Positions 46,650 through 56,396 of a stretch of DNA of 64,000 bases are shown here, piece by piece. Source of the DNA: an uncultured Lactobacillales bacterium (GTDB lineage: Bacteria; Pseudomonadota; Alphaproteobacteria; CAAHEQ01; UBA3637); assembly GCA_964643615.1 (NCBI GenBank), contig CAZXTR010000002.1:937-64936 (forward strand), given 5' to 3'. The position numbers and the translations under genes are program-made. The notes beneath the pieces are model-generated. The model saw nothing but the letters and a program-made list of their open reading frames with translations. It was not told the DNA's origin and searched no databases. The stretch's first letter is position 1, and each line of letters opens with the position of its first letter.

Positions 46650-48193
46650 TTTTCTTTTTTTATCAATAAAGAATTCCCCGTCATTTCTATTGGCTTAAAA
46701 AGGTGCATTAAATCTAACAATGTTGGCGCGATATCAGCTAATTTTCCTTCCTTAAGCCCTTTGATGTTTTGGGGCGGATTGACCAATACAGCTTTTACAG
46801 GAAAAATCGTATGTGCGGTATAAGGAGCTTTTGTTTCGGGATCTTGCATCAATTCAGCATTTCCATGGTCAGCTGTGACGAACATTGTTCCACCAACCTC
46901 TTGCAACACTTTTTCCAGCCTCCCCAAACAAGAATCAACGGATTCAATAGCTTTAATTGTAGCGTTTAAAATTCCAGTATGTCCTACCATATCACCGTTA
47001 GCATAATTGACAATGATGGCATCAAATTTTTTGGATAAAATCGCATCCACTAGTTTATCCGTGACTTCACAAGCAGACATTTCAGGTTTTAAATCGTATG
47101 TTGTAACTTTCGGACTAGGAACAAGGATTCTTTCTTCTCCCTTGAACATTTTTTCTTCGCCTCCGTTAAAAAAGAAAGTGACATGAGCATACTTTTCTGT
47201 TTCGGCAATACGAAGTTGTTTTTTCCCATAATCTTCTATGACTTGTCCGAAAATGTTTTTCAAATCTTCAGGAGGGAAAAGAGAAGTTAACCATTTTGTG
47301 TGTTCTTTTGAATATTCAGTCATGCCTGTGGCAACTTTGAAATGAATAACCCTTGAACGGATGGCTTTTGTAAAATCGGGGGCTAAAAGCATTTCTAAAA
47401 TTTCCCGAGCTCTATCAGAACGATAATTAACCATTAATACGCCATCTCCGTCACACATTCCTTGATAATCTCCGATAATGGTGGGAAGAATAAATTCGTC
47501 CGTTTTCTCGTTTTGATAAGACGCACTAATGGCTTCATTTGCTGAGGCAAACCGAGGCCCTTTTGCTTCGACTAAAGCATCGTATGCTAATGTAATGCGT
47601 TCCCAACGATTATCTCTGTCCATTGCATAAAAACGTCCGCTGATGACGCAAATTTTTGTGTTTTTTAAATTTTGGGTTCTTTTTTCAAAGTCTGCGATAA
47701 AACCTTTCCCCGAATCGGGTGGAGTATCACGACCGTCTAAATACGCGTCAACACATACAGGGATGCCCGCATCATCTAATATCTTTGCTAAAGTGACAAA
47801 GTGGTTGATGTGTGAATGGACACCACCAGAGGACATAAGTCCCATTAAATGGCATCGTCCGTTTGTTTCTTTTAATTGTTGTATGAAATCTATTAATGTC
47901 GGATTTCGAGAAAGAGCCCCAGAAGCAATAGCTTTGTCAATCCTTGGTAAATCTTGCATTACAATACGACCTGCTCCCAGATTCGTATGTCCTACTTCGG
48001 AATTGCCCATTTGTCCGTTTGGCAAGCCAACGTCTAGTCCAGATGTTTTCATCATGGTTGATGGATAGGTGTCAACCCATCTATTCCAATTGGGCGTATT
48101 GCCCATTGCAATTGCGTTATTTTCTTTTTCTTTTCTGTATCCCCAACCATCTAAGATGCACAAGATAACAGGGCGTGGTATTTGTTGAATCAT
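46646..48193 (-). CDS. gpmI: 2,3-bisphosphoglycerate-independent phosphoglycerate mutase
   Basis: iPGM signature (NSEVGHTNLGAGRIV...), 515 aa. Confidence 0.93.
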   Translation of the reverse strand: MIQQIPRPVILCILDGWGYRKEKENNAIAMGNTPNWNRWVDTYPSTMMKTSGLDVGLPNGQMGNSEVGHTNLGAGRIVMQDLPRIDKAIASGALSRNPTLIDFIQQLKETNGRCHLMGLMSSGGVHSHINHFVTLAKILDDAGIPVCVDAYLDGRDTPPDSGKGFIADFEKRTQNLKNTKICVISGRFYAMDRDNRWERITLAYDALVEAKGPRFASANEAISASYQNEKTDEFILPTIIGDYQGMCDGDGVLMVNYRSDRAREILEMLLAPDFTKAIRSRVIHFKVATGMTEYSKEHTKWLTSLFPPEDLKNIFGQVIEDYGKKQLRIAETEKYAHVTFFFNGGEEKMFKGEERILVPSPKVTTYDLKPEMSACEVTDKLVDAILSKKFDAIIVNYANGDMVGHTGILNATIKAIESVDSCLGRLEKVLQEVGGTMFVTADHGNAELMQDPETKAPYTAHTIFPVKAVLVNPPQNIKGLKEGKLADIAPTLLDLMHLFKPIEMTGNSLLIKKEK

Positions 48194-48343
48194 CTTTTTT
48201 ACCTTTCTCTATTTTTTTCCTATAATATAAGAGAGAATCAGAAAAAAAGGGAGTCTTTTTTAAAGATTTTAAATGTTGTGTTGCATTTGATTGCAAAAAC
48301 AAGTAAGAATAACAGCAGAAGAACTGTATAGTATTTTATTGAT

Positions 48344-49060
48344 GTGGTGGTGGGGAAGGTAATGATTTCATTGTATTTTGCTTTTTTATTTGGTTTGTGT
48401 ATTCCTTTGATTGCAGGGCGATTTGGAAAGTTTTGGGCAGCAGACTTAGGGAGTGCTTTTTTCTTTTTGTGGCACAAACCCCATTTACCTAAAGGCATAA
48501 ATTTTTCCAGGCAAGTATATTTAAGAGCAAAATGGGTTAAGTTATTTTTGTTTAGTCTGATGTGGGGGGGGACTATGTTTTTTTTATTTTGTTCCTTAAA
48601 AGTGTTTTTCCCGCCACAAGCATATGTTTGGTTGGCTAGTTTTTTTTGTTTGTTAGCGTTGCTTGCTGTAATTGATGCTCAATATTTTTTATTGCCTGAT
48701 GTTTTTACTATTCCTTTGTTGCTTTTAGGATTTGGTTATGCTATTTGGGGGGGACAGGTTTCCATTGAAATGAGTTTTATCGGGGCTGTTTATAGTTATT
48801 TATTGACATCTGTTTGTGTCCTTATTGTGCATCCTTTTTTGAAGGATTGTTTTGGCGCAGGAGATGTTAAAATGTTGACGGGTCTTGGAGCTTGGTTCGG
48901 CATTGATGGCATTAGTATTGTGTTAATTGTTTCTGTTTTTTCCTTTTCTATTTTTGCATTTTTGGAAAGGAAAAAAACTGGGGCTTATGGTCCACACTTG
49001 GCAATAGGTGCTTTTGTCGCCTTATTTGCTCTGCGATTTTATGCTCTTGAATTTTTTTAA
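48344..49060 (+). CDS. Prepilin (type IV/Tad) leader peptidase, A24 family
   Basis: Polytopic membrane protein with the catalytic Asp motifs (IDAQYFLLPD and FGAGDVKML). It has no N-terminal Zn-finger or methyltransferase domain. Confidence 0.75.
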   Translation: MVVGKVMISLYFAFLFGLCIPLIAGRFGKFWAADLGSAFFFLWHKPHLPKGINFSRQVYLRAKWVKLFLFSLMWGGTMFFLFCSLKVFFPPQAYVWLASFFCLLALLAVIDAQYFLLPDVFTIPLLLLGFGYAIWGGQVSIEMSFIGAVYSYLLTSVCVLIVHPFLKDCFGAGDVKMLTGLGAWFGIDGISIVLIVSVFSFSIFAFLERKKTGAYGPHLAIGAFVALFALRFYALEFF

Positions 49061-49130
49061 AAAAGAGTTGATTATTTTTTCTAAATGTTTAAAATAAACA
49101 GCATTACTTTTAAAGTTTTTAAGAAAGTCT

Positions 49131-49943
49131 ATGCAGATGAGCAAAAAAGAACCCATTGAAATAGAAAAAGAAATTGAAAATGAAACTATAGAAAACGCCC
49201 CTTTGACGGTTGGTGATACTTTGCTTAAGGCGCGATTGAGAAAGAAAGTTGAAATCGACAAGATATCGAGTCTTTTATGCATTCGAGCTATTTTTTTGCG
49301 AGCGCTAGAGAATGGTGATTACAAGGCTTTCCCAGGTCAGGTTTATGCATTTGGATTCTTGAAAAGTTATGCTCTGTATTTGAACCTTGATGCTGAAGCA
49401 TTGTTGACAAAATATCGTCAAGAAACGAATTTTATTGAACCTAAAAGTGTTGACATTCCCGTTCCAGAGAAACAAAGTTTAATGCCAGCATTTAGCTATA
49501 TTCTTGTTGGGCTTTTGTTTGTGTTGATAGTCGCGAGTGTGTGGTATTTTACGTCTTATGTTAATTTGCCAAAGGAAGTTGTTTTACCTCCTATTGTGGA
49601 AGAGGAAGAAGTAGCGTTGCCTAATCCAATAATGATTATGGATGCGCCAGTGATTGACATGGGAACGGCTGTTGTTGAAACATCTTCTTTGATTAAAATT
49701 GTTGCTAAAAAAGATGTATGGGTCGAAATTCAAGATGGAGATACGTTTATTTTAAACCGTGTTTTAAAGTCTGGAGAAACCTTTGAGGTTCCTCCTGAAA
49801 ATAGCGAAACAATGAAATTGAAAACGGATAATGCGGGCGCTATTGATATCTTTGTTGGGAATCAACTTGTGACGGCGTTGGGTCCAGAGGGCGCTGTGCG
49901 TTCGCGAATTTCTTTAGCTGTGGATTCTTTGAAAAATCGTTAG
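49131..49943 (+). CDS. rodZ: RodZ-like HTH (XRE) membrane protein with a C-terminal DUF4115
   Basis: N-terminal HTH (TVGDTLLKARLRKKV...), a single TM helix, and a C-terminal beta domain. Confidence 0.6.
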   Translation: MQMSKKEPIEIEKEIENETIENAPLTVGDTLLKARLRKKVEIDKISSLLCIRAIFLRALENGDYKAFPGQVYAFGFLKSYALYLNLDAEALLTKYRQETNFIEPKSVDIPVPEKQSLMPAFSYILVGLLFVLIVASVWYFTSYVNLPKEVVLPPIVEEEEVALPNPIMIMDAPVIDMGTAVVETSSLIKIVAKKDVWVEIQDGDTFILNRVLKSGETFEVPPENSETMKLKTDNAGAIDIFVGNQLVTALGPEGAVRSRISLAVDSLKNR

Positions 49944-50018
49944 TGGGATTATATCCTTCTACAGAAGGGGCTGTTGTAATAACCCCCTTTTTTCTTTGCG
50001 TAATAAAAAGAGGAAAAT

Positions 50019-51095
50019 ATGAGTTTTGAATCAAAATTAGAAACAGTTATTGAAAGATTTACAGAAATAGAGGCGTTGCTATCTCAAGCTACAGATGGTG
50101 CAAGCATTGTGAAACTTTCAAAAGAACAAAGCCAATTGCAAGATGTTGTTCAGTCTGGTTTGAAATGGAAAAAAGCCGTGCAAGATATGCAAGAATATGA
50201 ACAATTGATGCAATCTTCTGATGATGCTGATTTAAAAATGCTAGCAGAAGAAGAATATTATACTCTAAAAGAACAATTGCCTAAATTGGAATATGCCGTT
50301 AAGCTTTTGTTGTTGCCAAAAGATGAAGCTGATGAAAAAAATGCTATTTTGGAAGTTCGTGCAGGAACGGGAGGAGAAGAGGCTGCTTTATTTGCTGCTA
50401 ATTTGTTTCGTATGTACGAGCGTTATGCAGTCCTTAAAGGATGGCGATTTGAGGTTTTGGAATTGAATGAAACAGGGCTCGGAGGATATAAAGAGGCTAT
50501 AGCTAAGATTGCGGGGAATAGTGTTTTTGCTCTATTGAAATTCGAATCCGGAGCTCATCGAGTTCAGCGTGTGCCAGAAACAGAAGCAAATGGACGTGTC
50601 CATACTTCGGCTGCAACGGTTGCTATTTTGCCAGAAGCAGAAGAAATTGATGTCCAAATTGATGTGGAACGAGATATTAAAATGGATGTGTTTCGCGCTT
50701 CAGGGGCTGGTGGACAACATGTGAACAAAACATCTAGCGCTGTGCGTTTAACGCATATTCCAACAGGGGTTGTTGTTGAATGTCAAGAGGAACGTTCTCA
50801 ATTCAAAAACAGAGATAAAGCTATGGCTAGATTGCGTTCTAAATTGTATGATATGCAACGCAGTAAAATTGATATGGAACAATCTTCGTCAAGAAAAGAA
50901 CAGGTGGGTTCAGGTGATCGTTCAGAGCGTATTCGTACGTATAATTACCCTCAAAGTCGTGTGACAGATCATCGCATTAATTTAACGCTTTATCAATTAG
51001 AAGAAGTTATGGCAGGGTCTGGATTAGATGTGTTTATTAAGGCTCTTGTTGAAAATGATCAGTTAACTAAATTGTCTGAATTTGAAAATGGATAA
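50019..51095 (+). CDS. prfA: Peptide chain release factor 1
   Basis: GGQHVNKT motif and the RF1-type PET tripeptide ([18 protein letters not shown]). Confidence 0.93.
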   Translation: MSFESKLETVIERFTEIEALLSQATDGASIVKLSKEQSQLQDVVQSGLKWKKAVQDMQEYEQLMQSSDDADLKMLAEEEYYTLKEQLPKLEYAVKLLLLPKDEADEKNAILEVRAGTGGEEAALFAANLFRMYERYAVLKGWRFEVLELNETGLGGYKEAIAKIAGNSVFALLKFESGAHRVQRVPETEANGRVHTSAATVAILPEAEEIDVQIDVERDIKMDVFRASGAGGQHVNKTSSAVRLTHIPTGVVVECQEERSQFKNRDKAMARLRSKLYDMQRSKIDMEQSSSRKEQVGSGDRSERIRTYNYPQSRVTDHRINLTLYQLEEVMAGSGLDVFIKALVENDQLTKLSEFENG

Positions 51096-51786
51096 AGTTA
51101 TTTTGAACATTGTTCAACAATTAAATGGATTTTCGGATTCGCCCTTTTTGGATGCGCGTTTTTTTGTCCAAGAAACACGGGACATGGTTGTATTACAAAG
51201 TTATATTGAACGACGTAAAAAGGGTGAGCCTGTTTCGAAAATTATTGGACACAAAGGTTTTTGGTCTTTGGATTTAAAAGTGACAACAGAAACTTTGGAT
51301 CCTCGCCCAGATTCGGAAACGTTGATTGATGCCGTATTAAAACATTTCCCAGACAAAAAAAAGCCTTTTCGAATATTGGATATTGGGACTGGAAGTGGAT
51401 GCCTTTTACTTGCTTTGTTAAGTGAATATCCGAATGCGAAAGGAATAGGGATAGATATTTCTATTCATGCTTTGGATGTGGCTAAAACAAATGCATGTGG
51501 ATTTTCTGCAACTTTTCAACAGTTGGATTGGACTTCTCTAACATGGGCAGATTCTTTGGGACAATTTGATGTGATTGTTTCGAATCCCCCCTATATCCGC
51601 ACGGCGGATATACAGACTTTGGATGCAGAAGTAAAAAAATATGATCCTTTAACGGCTTTGGATGGTGGCGTGGACGGTTTGAATGCATATCGAGCCATTG
51701 GTAAAAATATTGCAAAATTATTATATCCATATGGAAAAGTTTTTTTCGAAATAGGTCAAGGGCAAGAACGAGATGTAAAAAAATAA
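51082..51786 (+). CDS. prmC: Release factor glutamine methyltransferase PrmC (HemK). It is somewhat short at the C-terminus.
   Basis: SAM motif ILDIGTGSG and NPPY. It overlaps the prfA stop. Confidence 0.85.
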   Translation: MKMDKVILNIVQQLNGFSDSPFLDARFFVQETRDMVVLQSYIERRKKGEPVSKIIGHKGFWSLDLKVTTETLDPRPDSETLIDAVLKHFPDKKKPFRILDIGTGSGCLLLALLSEYPNAKGIGIDISIHALDVAKTNACGFSATFQQLDWTSLTWADSLGQFDVIVSNPPYIRTADIQTLDAEVKKYDPLTALDGGVDGLNAYRAIGKNIAKLLYPYGKVFFEIGQGQERDVKK

Positions 51787-51859
51787 CACCCCTGTCTTTT
51801 GTGGAGCAATATTTCGATTTAGGTCATATTGTGCGGTGTTTAGTGTTTGAAAAAAAATA

Positions 51860-51891
51860 AAAAGCGGGAAATTACTCCCGCTTTTCTTTTT
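51860..51891 (+). terminator. Rho-independent terminator after prmC
   Basis: AAAAGCGGGA-aattac-TCCCGCTTTT, a 10-bp stem, followed by CTTTTT. Confidence 0.7.
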
Positions 51892-52113
51892 GAGTTATAT
51901 TTTGATAATGCCTCTTGCGAAAGCATATATTCCCAAAAAGCAAATCCAACAATAATGGCCAGGCCAACTTCATGTCAAGTGAATATAGGTTGGCCGTATG
52001 TAATTGGTGTGATTAATGCTGTTGTGAATAAAGATAAAGTTTTTATTTTTGTGAAAGATATTGTTTTTAATTCAAATAGGGCCTATCTTCTTTTAAGAAA
52101 AAAGGAGATTCTT

Positions 52114-53286
52114 ATGTCGATAAAAAAAGTTGTTAATGGTGTTTATGCGGTTGGTTCAAAAGACCCTTATCGTCCGTTGTTTGATCAATTGATGCCCCTG
52201 CCAGAAGGCACTAGTTACAATGCTTTTTTAATCAAAGGTGAAAATAAAATAGCGTTAATTGATACGGTGTATGCTCCATTTGAACAAGAATTAGAATTGC
52301 GATTAAAGGAAAACGACATTACTCAAATTGATTATATTATTGCTAATCATGGGGAACAGGATCATTCAGGAGCTTTGCCTAACTTATTGAAAAGATTCCC
52401 GATGGTAAAAATTGTAACAAACCAAAAATGCAAAGACATTATGGTTGGATTTTTGCCGTTAAAAGACGATTCGTTTATGATTGTTAAAGATGATGATGTG
52501 TTGGATTTAGGAAGGAAATCTTTAAGATTTATGTTGATGCCATGGGTACATTGGCCCGATACGATGTTCGTTTATTTGCCCGAGGATAATATTTTGTTTA
52601 CGACTGATTTTTTTGGAGCTCATGCAACGGGGTTTGATTTATTTTGGGATGATGATGTTTCTTTAATTCCTTTAATAAAATCTTATTATGCCGAAATTAT
52701 GATGCCTTTTGCTAGTATTTTTAAAAAATATTTATCGAAGGTAGAATTGTTGCATCCTCGTATGATTGCTCCAGCACACGGGCCTCTTTATAAGAATCCT
52801 TCTTTCGTGATTGATTTATATAAAAAATGGAGTTCGGACGAAAAAAAGAAACAAGTAATTTTGATGGGCGTTTCTATGTATGGTTCAACCCAAAAGATGA
52901 TTGATTATGTTGTCCTAAAAATACAAGAAAAAGGCATCGAAGTTAAAGTATATGATGCCGTGCATTTCAATACAACTGATTTGACTTGCGATTTAATAGA
53001 AAGCTCTGGATTAATTATTGCAACGCCAACGGTGCTTACGGGGGTTCATCCAACGGTGATAATGCCATTATACCTGATCAATATTTTAAAGCCTTCTTTA
53101 AGGTTTTTATCTCTTATTGGTTCTTACAGTTGGGGGACGACAATTGATAAACAAGTGGTGACTTTGGTGTCTAGTTTAAAGAGTACACAAATACTTGCAC
53201 CTGTATTGGCTAAAGGAACACCTAAAGAAAACGATTTCAAAGCGATGGACGAATTAGTCGAACAAATTGCCAAGTTGTCGTCATAG
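52114..53286 (+). CDS. Flavodiiron protein (A-type flavoprotein; O2/NO reductase)
   Basis: Metallo-beta-lactamase di-iron motif (HGEQDHSGA), then a C-terminal flavodoxin domain. An AGGAG RBS precedes the Met at 52114; the upstream in-frame extension of the ORF is probably non-coding. Confidence 0.8.
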   Translation: MSIKKVVNGVYAVGSKDPYRPLFDQLMPLPEGTSYNAFLIKGENKIALIDTVYAPFEQELELRLKENDITQIDYIIANHGEQDHSGALPNLLKRFPMVKIVTNQKCKDIMVGFLPLKDDSFMIVKDDDVLDLGRKSLRFMLMPWVHWPDTMFVYLPEDNILFTTDFFGAHATGFDLFWDDDVSLIPLIKSYYAEIMMPFASIFKKYLSKVELLHPRMIAPAHGPLYKNPSFVIDLYKKWSSDEKKKQVILMGVSMYGSTQKMIDYVVLKIQEKGIEVKVYDAVHFNTTDLTCDLIESSGLIIATPTVLTGVHPTVIMPLYLINILKPSLRFLSLIGSYSWGTTIDKQVVTLVSSLKSTQILAPVLAKGTPKENDFKAMDELVEQIAKLSS

Positions 53287-53796
53287 CTATTTGCGTATGT
53301 AGTGGACTTGAATATATTTGTCAATGATATTGGCTTCTTTTAACTGCAAATTTACAGTTGGATTGTCGTCATAAAAAAGGCGTGTTCCTTGCCCTAAAAT
53401 AATGGGGGCAATCGTGATTATGTATTCATCAATCAAGTTTTCTTTGATAAAAATATTAGTGATTTCAGAACCTCCTAAAAGCCAAATCATCTTGCCTTGT
53501 TCTTTTTTCAATTTCATGATTAATTCTATAATCCCGTCATGAACAAAAGTTACGTGCTTTTCTTTTTGTTTTAAATAATGTGTAATAACGTATACTCTTT
53601 TGCCCTCATAGGGCCATATTGGCAAGGTTTTAATTTTGTCGTAAGCCTTTCTGCCCATAACGATTACATCAACATCTTTGTAAAATGTTTCCTTACATAA
53701 TTCTTGTGTCAACTGCAAAAAATTAAAGCGATTATTTACGTCTGCGATAAAGCCGTCTAAAGACGTTGTGATATACGAAACACATTTTCTTTGCAT
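53287..53796 (-). CDS. Dihydrofolate reductase-like (RibD C-terminal domain) family protein
   Basis: YITTSLDGFIAD...VDVIVMGRKAY...LLGGSEI...LGQGTRLF pattern of the RibD_C/DHFR-like family. Confidence 0.7.
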   Translation of the reverse strand: MQRKCVSYITTSLDGFIADVNNRFNFLQLTQELCKETFYKDVDVIVMGRKAYDKIKTLPIWPYEGKRVYVITHYLKQKEKHVTFVHDGIIELIMKLKKEQGKMIWLLGGSEITNIFIKENLIDEYIITIAPIILGQGTRLFYDDNPTVNLQLKEANIIDKYIQVHYIRK

Positions 53797-53939
53797 AATA
53801 AAATCTCCCCTTTGATTTTTTTATTATCGCGTTTCTTATAAAAATAGCAAGGACTTTTTAAAAAAACGAAAGAAAAAGGACGATTAAGAGAATCGAATGA
53901 TTGAAAAAAATAAAGCCTCCTAATAGGGGGAGGCTTTTA

Positions 53940-54015
53940 TGGTGCCCAGAGGCGGAATTGAACCACCGACACGAAGATTTTCAGTCTTCTGCTCTACCAA
54001 CTGAGCTATCTGGGC
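53940..54015 (-). tRNA. tRNA-Phe (anticodon GAA), with CCA encoded
   Basis: The reverse complement GCCCAGATAGCTCAGTTGGTAGAGCAGAAGACTGAAAATCTTCGTGTCGGTGGTTCAATTCCGCCTCTGGGCACCA folds as a cloverleaf with a CTGAAAA anticodon loop. Confidence 0.9.
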
Positions 54016-54055
54016 AAAGAACGGAAATCTTTATAAACGATTCTTTTTGTTTTGT

Positions 54056-55489
54056 CTACCTCTTTTTTTTGTTTTTATTAATTGTTAAAATATGAATCAA
54101 ATTTGTGTTCCCTTTTGTCGCGAAAGGAATTCCCGCAGTGATGATCAATTGTTCCCCCGCTTTTGCAAAGCCAAACTTTTGGCTATAATGAATAGCCGCC
54201 GGGAAAATATCGTCAATTTTTTTGACATTTTTGGTTAATGCCGAAGTTACCCCCCAAACCAATGTACAACGTCGCATGACTTGTTCTGAACATGTTAAGT
54301 TTAAAATAGGAATATTTGTCCGTTCACGAGCCACGCGTAAAGTCGTTGATCCCGAAACAGAATAAGTGACAACGCATGCAGGTTTTTCCAGAACATGTGC
54401 TACGTTGGGGATAGACGATGTAATCGCACTTGCTATGAGGTGATCTGGAGGAATAGTCAATATTTCCATTTGCTTTTTGTAAAAAGGGTCTTCTTCTGTT
54501 TTTGCGATGATTTTATGCATTATTGTAGCAGCGTTTATTGGATATGTTCCAATTGCGGTTTCTCCCGATAGCATTACACAATCTGCTCCATCATACACGG
54601 CAGTAGCAACATCAGATACTTCGGCACGTGTCGGAGTCGGGTTTTGTATCATGCTTTCCAACATTTGTGTCGCAATAACAACGGGTTTCCCTTGTTTCCT
54701 ACATAAAGAAACGATGTGTTTTTGTAATTTAGGCAAGTTTTCTAGTGGGCATTCAACCCCTAAATCTCCACGTGCAACCATGATGGCATCAGAGGATTGA
54801 ATAATTTCTTCAAGATGGTTTAAAGCAGCGGGCTTTTCAATTTTTGCAATAATCCATGCTCTGTCTTTGATTTTTTCTTTAGCTTTCAATATATCTTCGG
54901 GTCTTTGCACAAAAGATAAGGCAATCCAATCTGCTCCGATTTTTAGTGCGTTTTCTAAATCTGACAGATCTTTTGACGTGAGAGCGTTTAATGGTAGTGT
55001 TACATTAGGGACATTAACACCTTTGTGATCTGATAAAGGGCCTCCATTGACGACTATGGTATCTGCATAATGTGCTCCAACTTTTTTCACCTCTAATATA
55101 ATATTTCCGTCGTTTAATAAAAGAATTGCACCCTTTTTTAAAACATCAAAAATTTCTTGGTGTGGCAGACAAACTCGATTAACAGAGCCCAATTTGGATT
55201 CCATATCCAATTTAAAGTGTGCACCTTTTTTTAAAGTGATTTGTCCTTCTTTAAATTGACCAATACGCAGTTTAGGACCTTGCATATCACAAATAACACC
55301 GATAGGACGCTTTATTTCTTTTTCTATTTGGCGGATAAAAGTCATATTTTGAAGATGTGTTTTCTTCGTCCCATGACTGTAATTCAAACGAAAAAGAGAT
55401 ACCCCCGCATAAATTAAGTCTTTAATCTTTTCTTTTGAAGATGTCTCAGGTCCTAAAGTAGCAATAATTTTTGTAAATGTACAATCCAT
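54056..55489 (-). CDS. pyk: Pyruvate kinase
   Basis: Barrel, B and C domains; 477 aa. Confidence 0.93.
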   Translation of the reverse strand: MDCTFTKIIATLGPETSSKEKIKDLIYAGVSLFRLNYSHGTKKTHLQNMTFIRQIEKEIKRPIGVICDMQGPKLRIGQFKEGQITLKKGAHFKLDMESKLGSVNRVCLPHQEIFDVLKKGAILLLNDGNIILEVKKVGAHYADTIVVNGGPLSDHKGVNVPNVTLPLNALTSKDLSDLENALKIGADWIALSFVQRPEDILKAKEKIKDRAWIIAKIEKPAALNHLEEIIQSSDAIMVARGDLGVECPLENLPKLQKHIVSLCRKQGKPVVIATQMLESMIQNPTPTRAEVSDVATAVYDGADCVMLSGETAIGTYPINAATIMHKIIAKTEEDPFYKKQMEILTIPPDHLIASAITSSIPNVAHVLEKPACVVTYSVSGSTTLRVARERTNIPILNLTCSEQVMRRCTLVWGVTSALTKNVKKIDDIFPAAIHYSQKFGFAKAGEQLIITAGIPFATKGNTNLIHILTINKNKKKR

Positions 55490-56385
55490 TATAAATCCCT
55501 TGTTTCCAAACGAATTCTGCCCACTAAAGTTTCGTGTGGGCCAATACTTTGGATGCCTGTTCCTAATAAGCCATTTGCGGCTAAATTAAATCCGTTGTTT
55601 GCCATTGTCGTTGGTTCTAAACAAATAAAGCCTTTCCTTGGAGGTGAAAATAAAACTGTATGGCGAAATTTTTCGTCCGTTGTCATAATGATACTTTTTT
55701 TTACCTTTGGCCAAACGATTTGTGCTTCTCCATCAAAGCCACCAAAGCAAGTATCAAATTCCATATTTTTTATTTTCTTTAATTCTTTAAAGGACCAAGA
55801 TTCTGAAGTTGGATAGGGCTTGTCTATAGGATCTGATAAATGTGACCAAACGTTTTTGTTGTTGAATCGTAACATCATATCAGGAGTCTTGTTGAAAAAG
55901 GGGTGTATCCCCATCCCAACAGGCATAGGCAAACTGGAATCGTTTTTAATGGATATCTCTGTCTTCAATGAAGATGCTTCTAAAGAATATTGAATTTTTG
56001 CCGTATAGGAAAAAGGGTATCCTTTTTTTTCTTTACTATGTGAAAAGGTAAGAACTACAGAAGATGGCGTCTTTTCCAAAACTGACCATATGGCCTTCCA
56101 TCCATCTCCGTGGATAGGATCTGAACTTTTTGAAAAGTTTAAGGGGACTTTTCTTAATATTCCCCAATAAATAAAACGTCCTCCTTTTATGCGGTGCGTA
56201 AATGGTAACATTGGGAACATACCCATACTGTTGGCGTCCCTTTTTTCTAAAGAAGATGCACTGCCATGGCGCAAAAATTCAAAGGGGGTTCCCCTTATCG
56301 ATTGCATGTAAACAATGCTTGCCCCACAGCTAGGGGCAATCCCTACTTCTAAGTCATCATTTTTTAATATAATAACTTCAGACAT
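55489..56385 (-). CDS. Aldose 1-epimerase (mutarotase) family protein
   Basis: Galactose-mutarotase-like fold motifs (GMGIHPFF..., FICLEP). Confidence 0.6.
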   Translation of the reverse strand: MSEVIILKNDDLEVGIAPSCGASIVYMQSIRGTPFEFLRHGSASSLEKRDANSMGMFPMLPFTHRIKGGRFIYWGILRKVPLNFSKSSDPIHGDGWKAIWSVLEKTPSSVVLTFSHSKEKKGYPFSYTAKIQYSLEASSLKTEISIKNDSSLPMPVGMGIHPFFNKTPDMMLRFNNKNVWSHLSDPIDKPYPTSESWSFKELKKIKNMEFDTCFGGFDGEAQIVWPKVKKSIIMTTDEKFRHTVLFSPPRKGFICLEPTTMANNGFNLAANGLLGTGIQSIGPHETLVGRIRLETRDL

Positions 56386-56396
56386 TTATTATCCTT

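Noticed and set aside
51787-51846. Possible frameshifted C-terminus of prmC (the ORF is about 40 aa shorter than typical HemK)
   Set aside because: Translation of the downstream 60 nt in the other frames gives no convincing HemK C-terminal motif. A terminator follows immediately, so this is likely a naturally short PrmC.
53901-54095. 64-aa plus-strand ORF
   Set aside because: It overlaps the tRNA-Phe gene on the opposite strand, so it is spurious.
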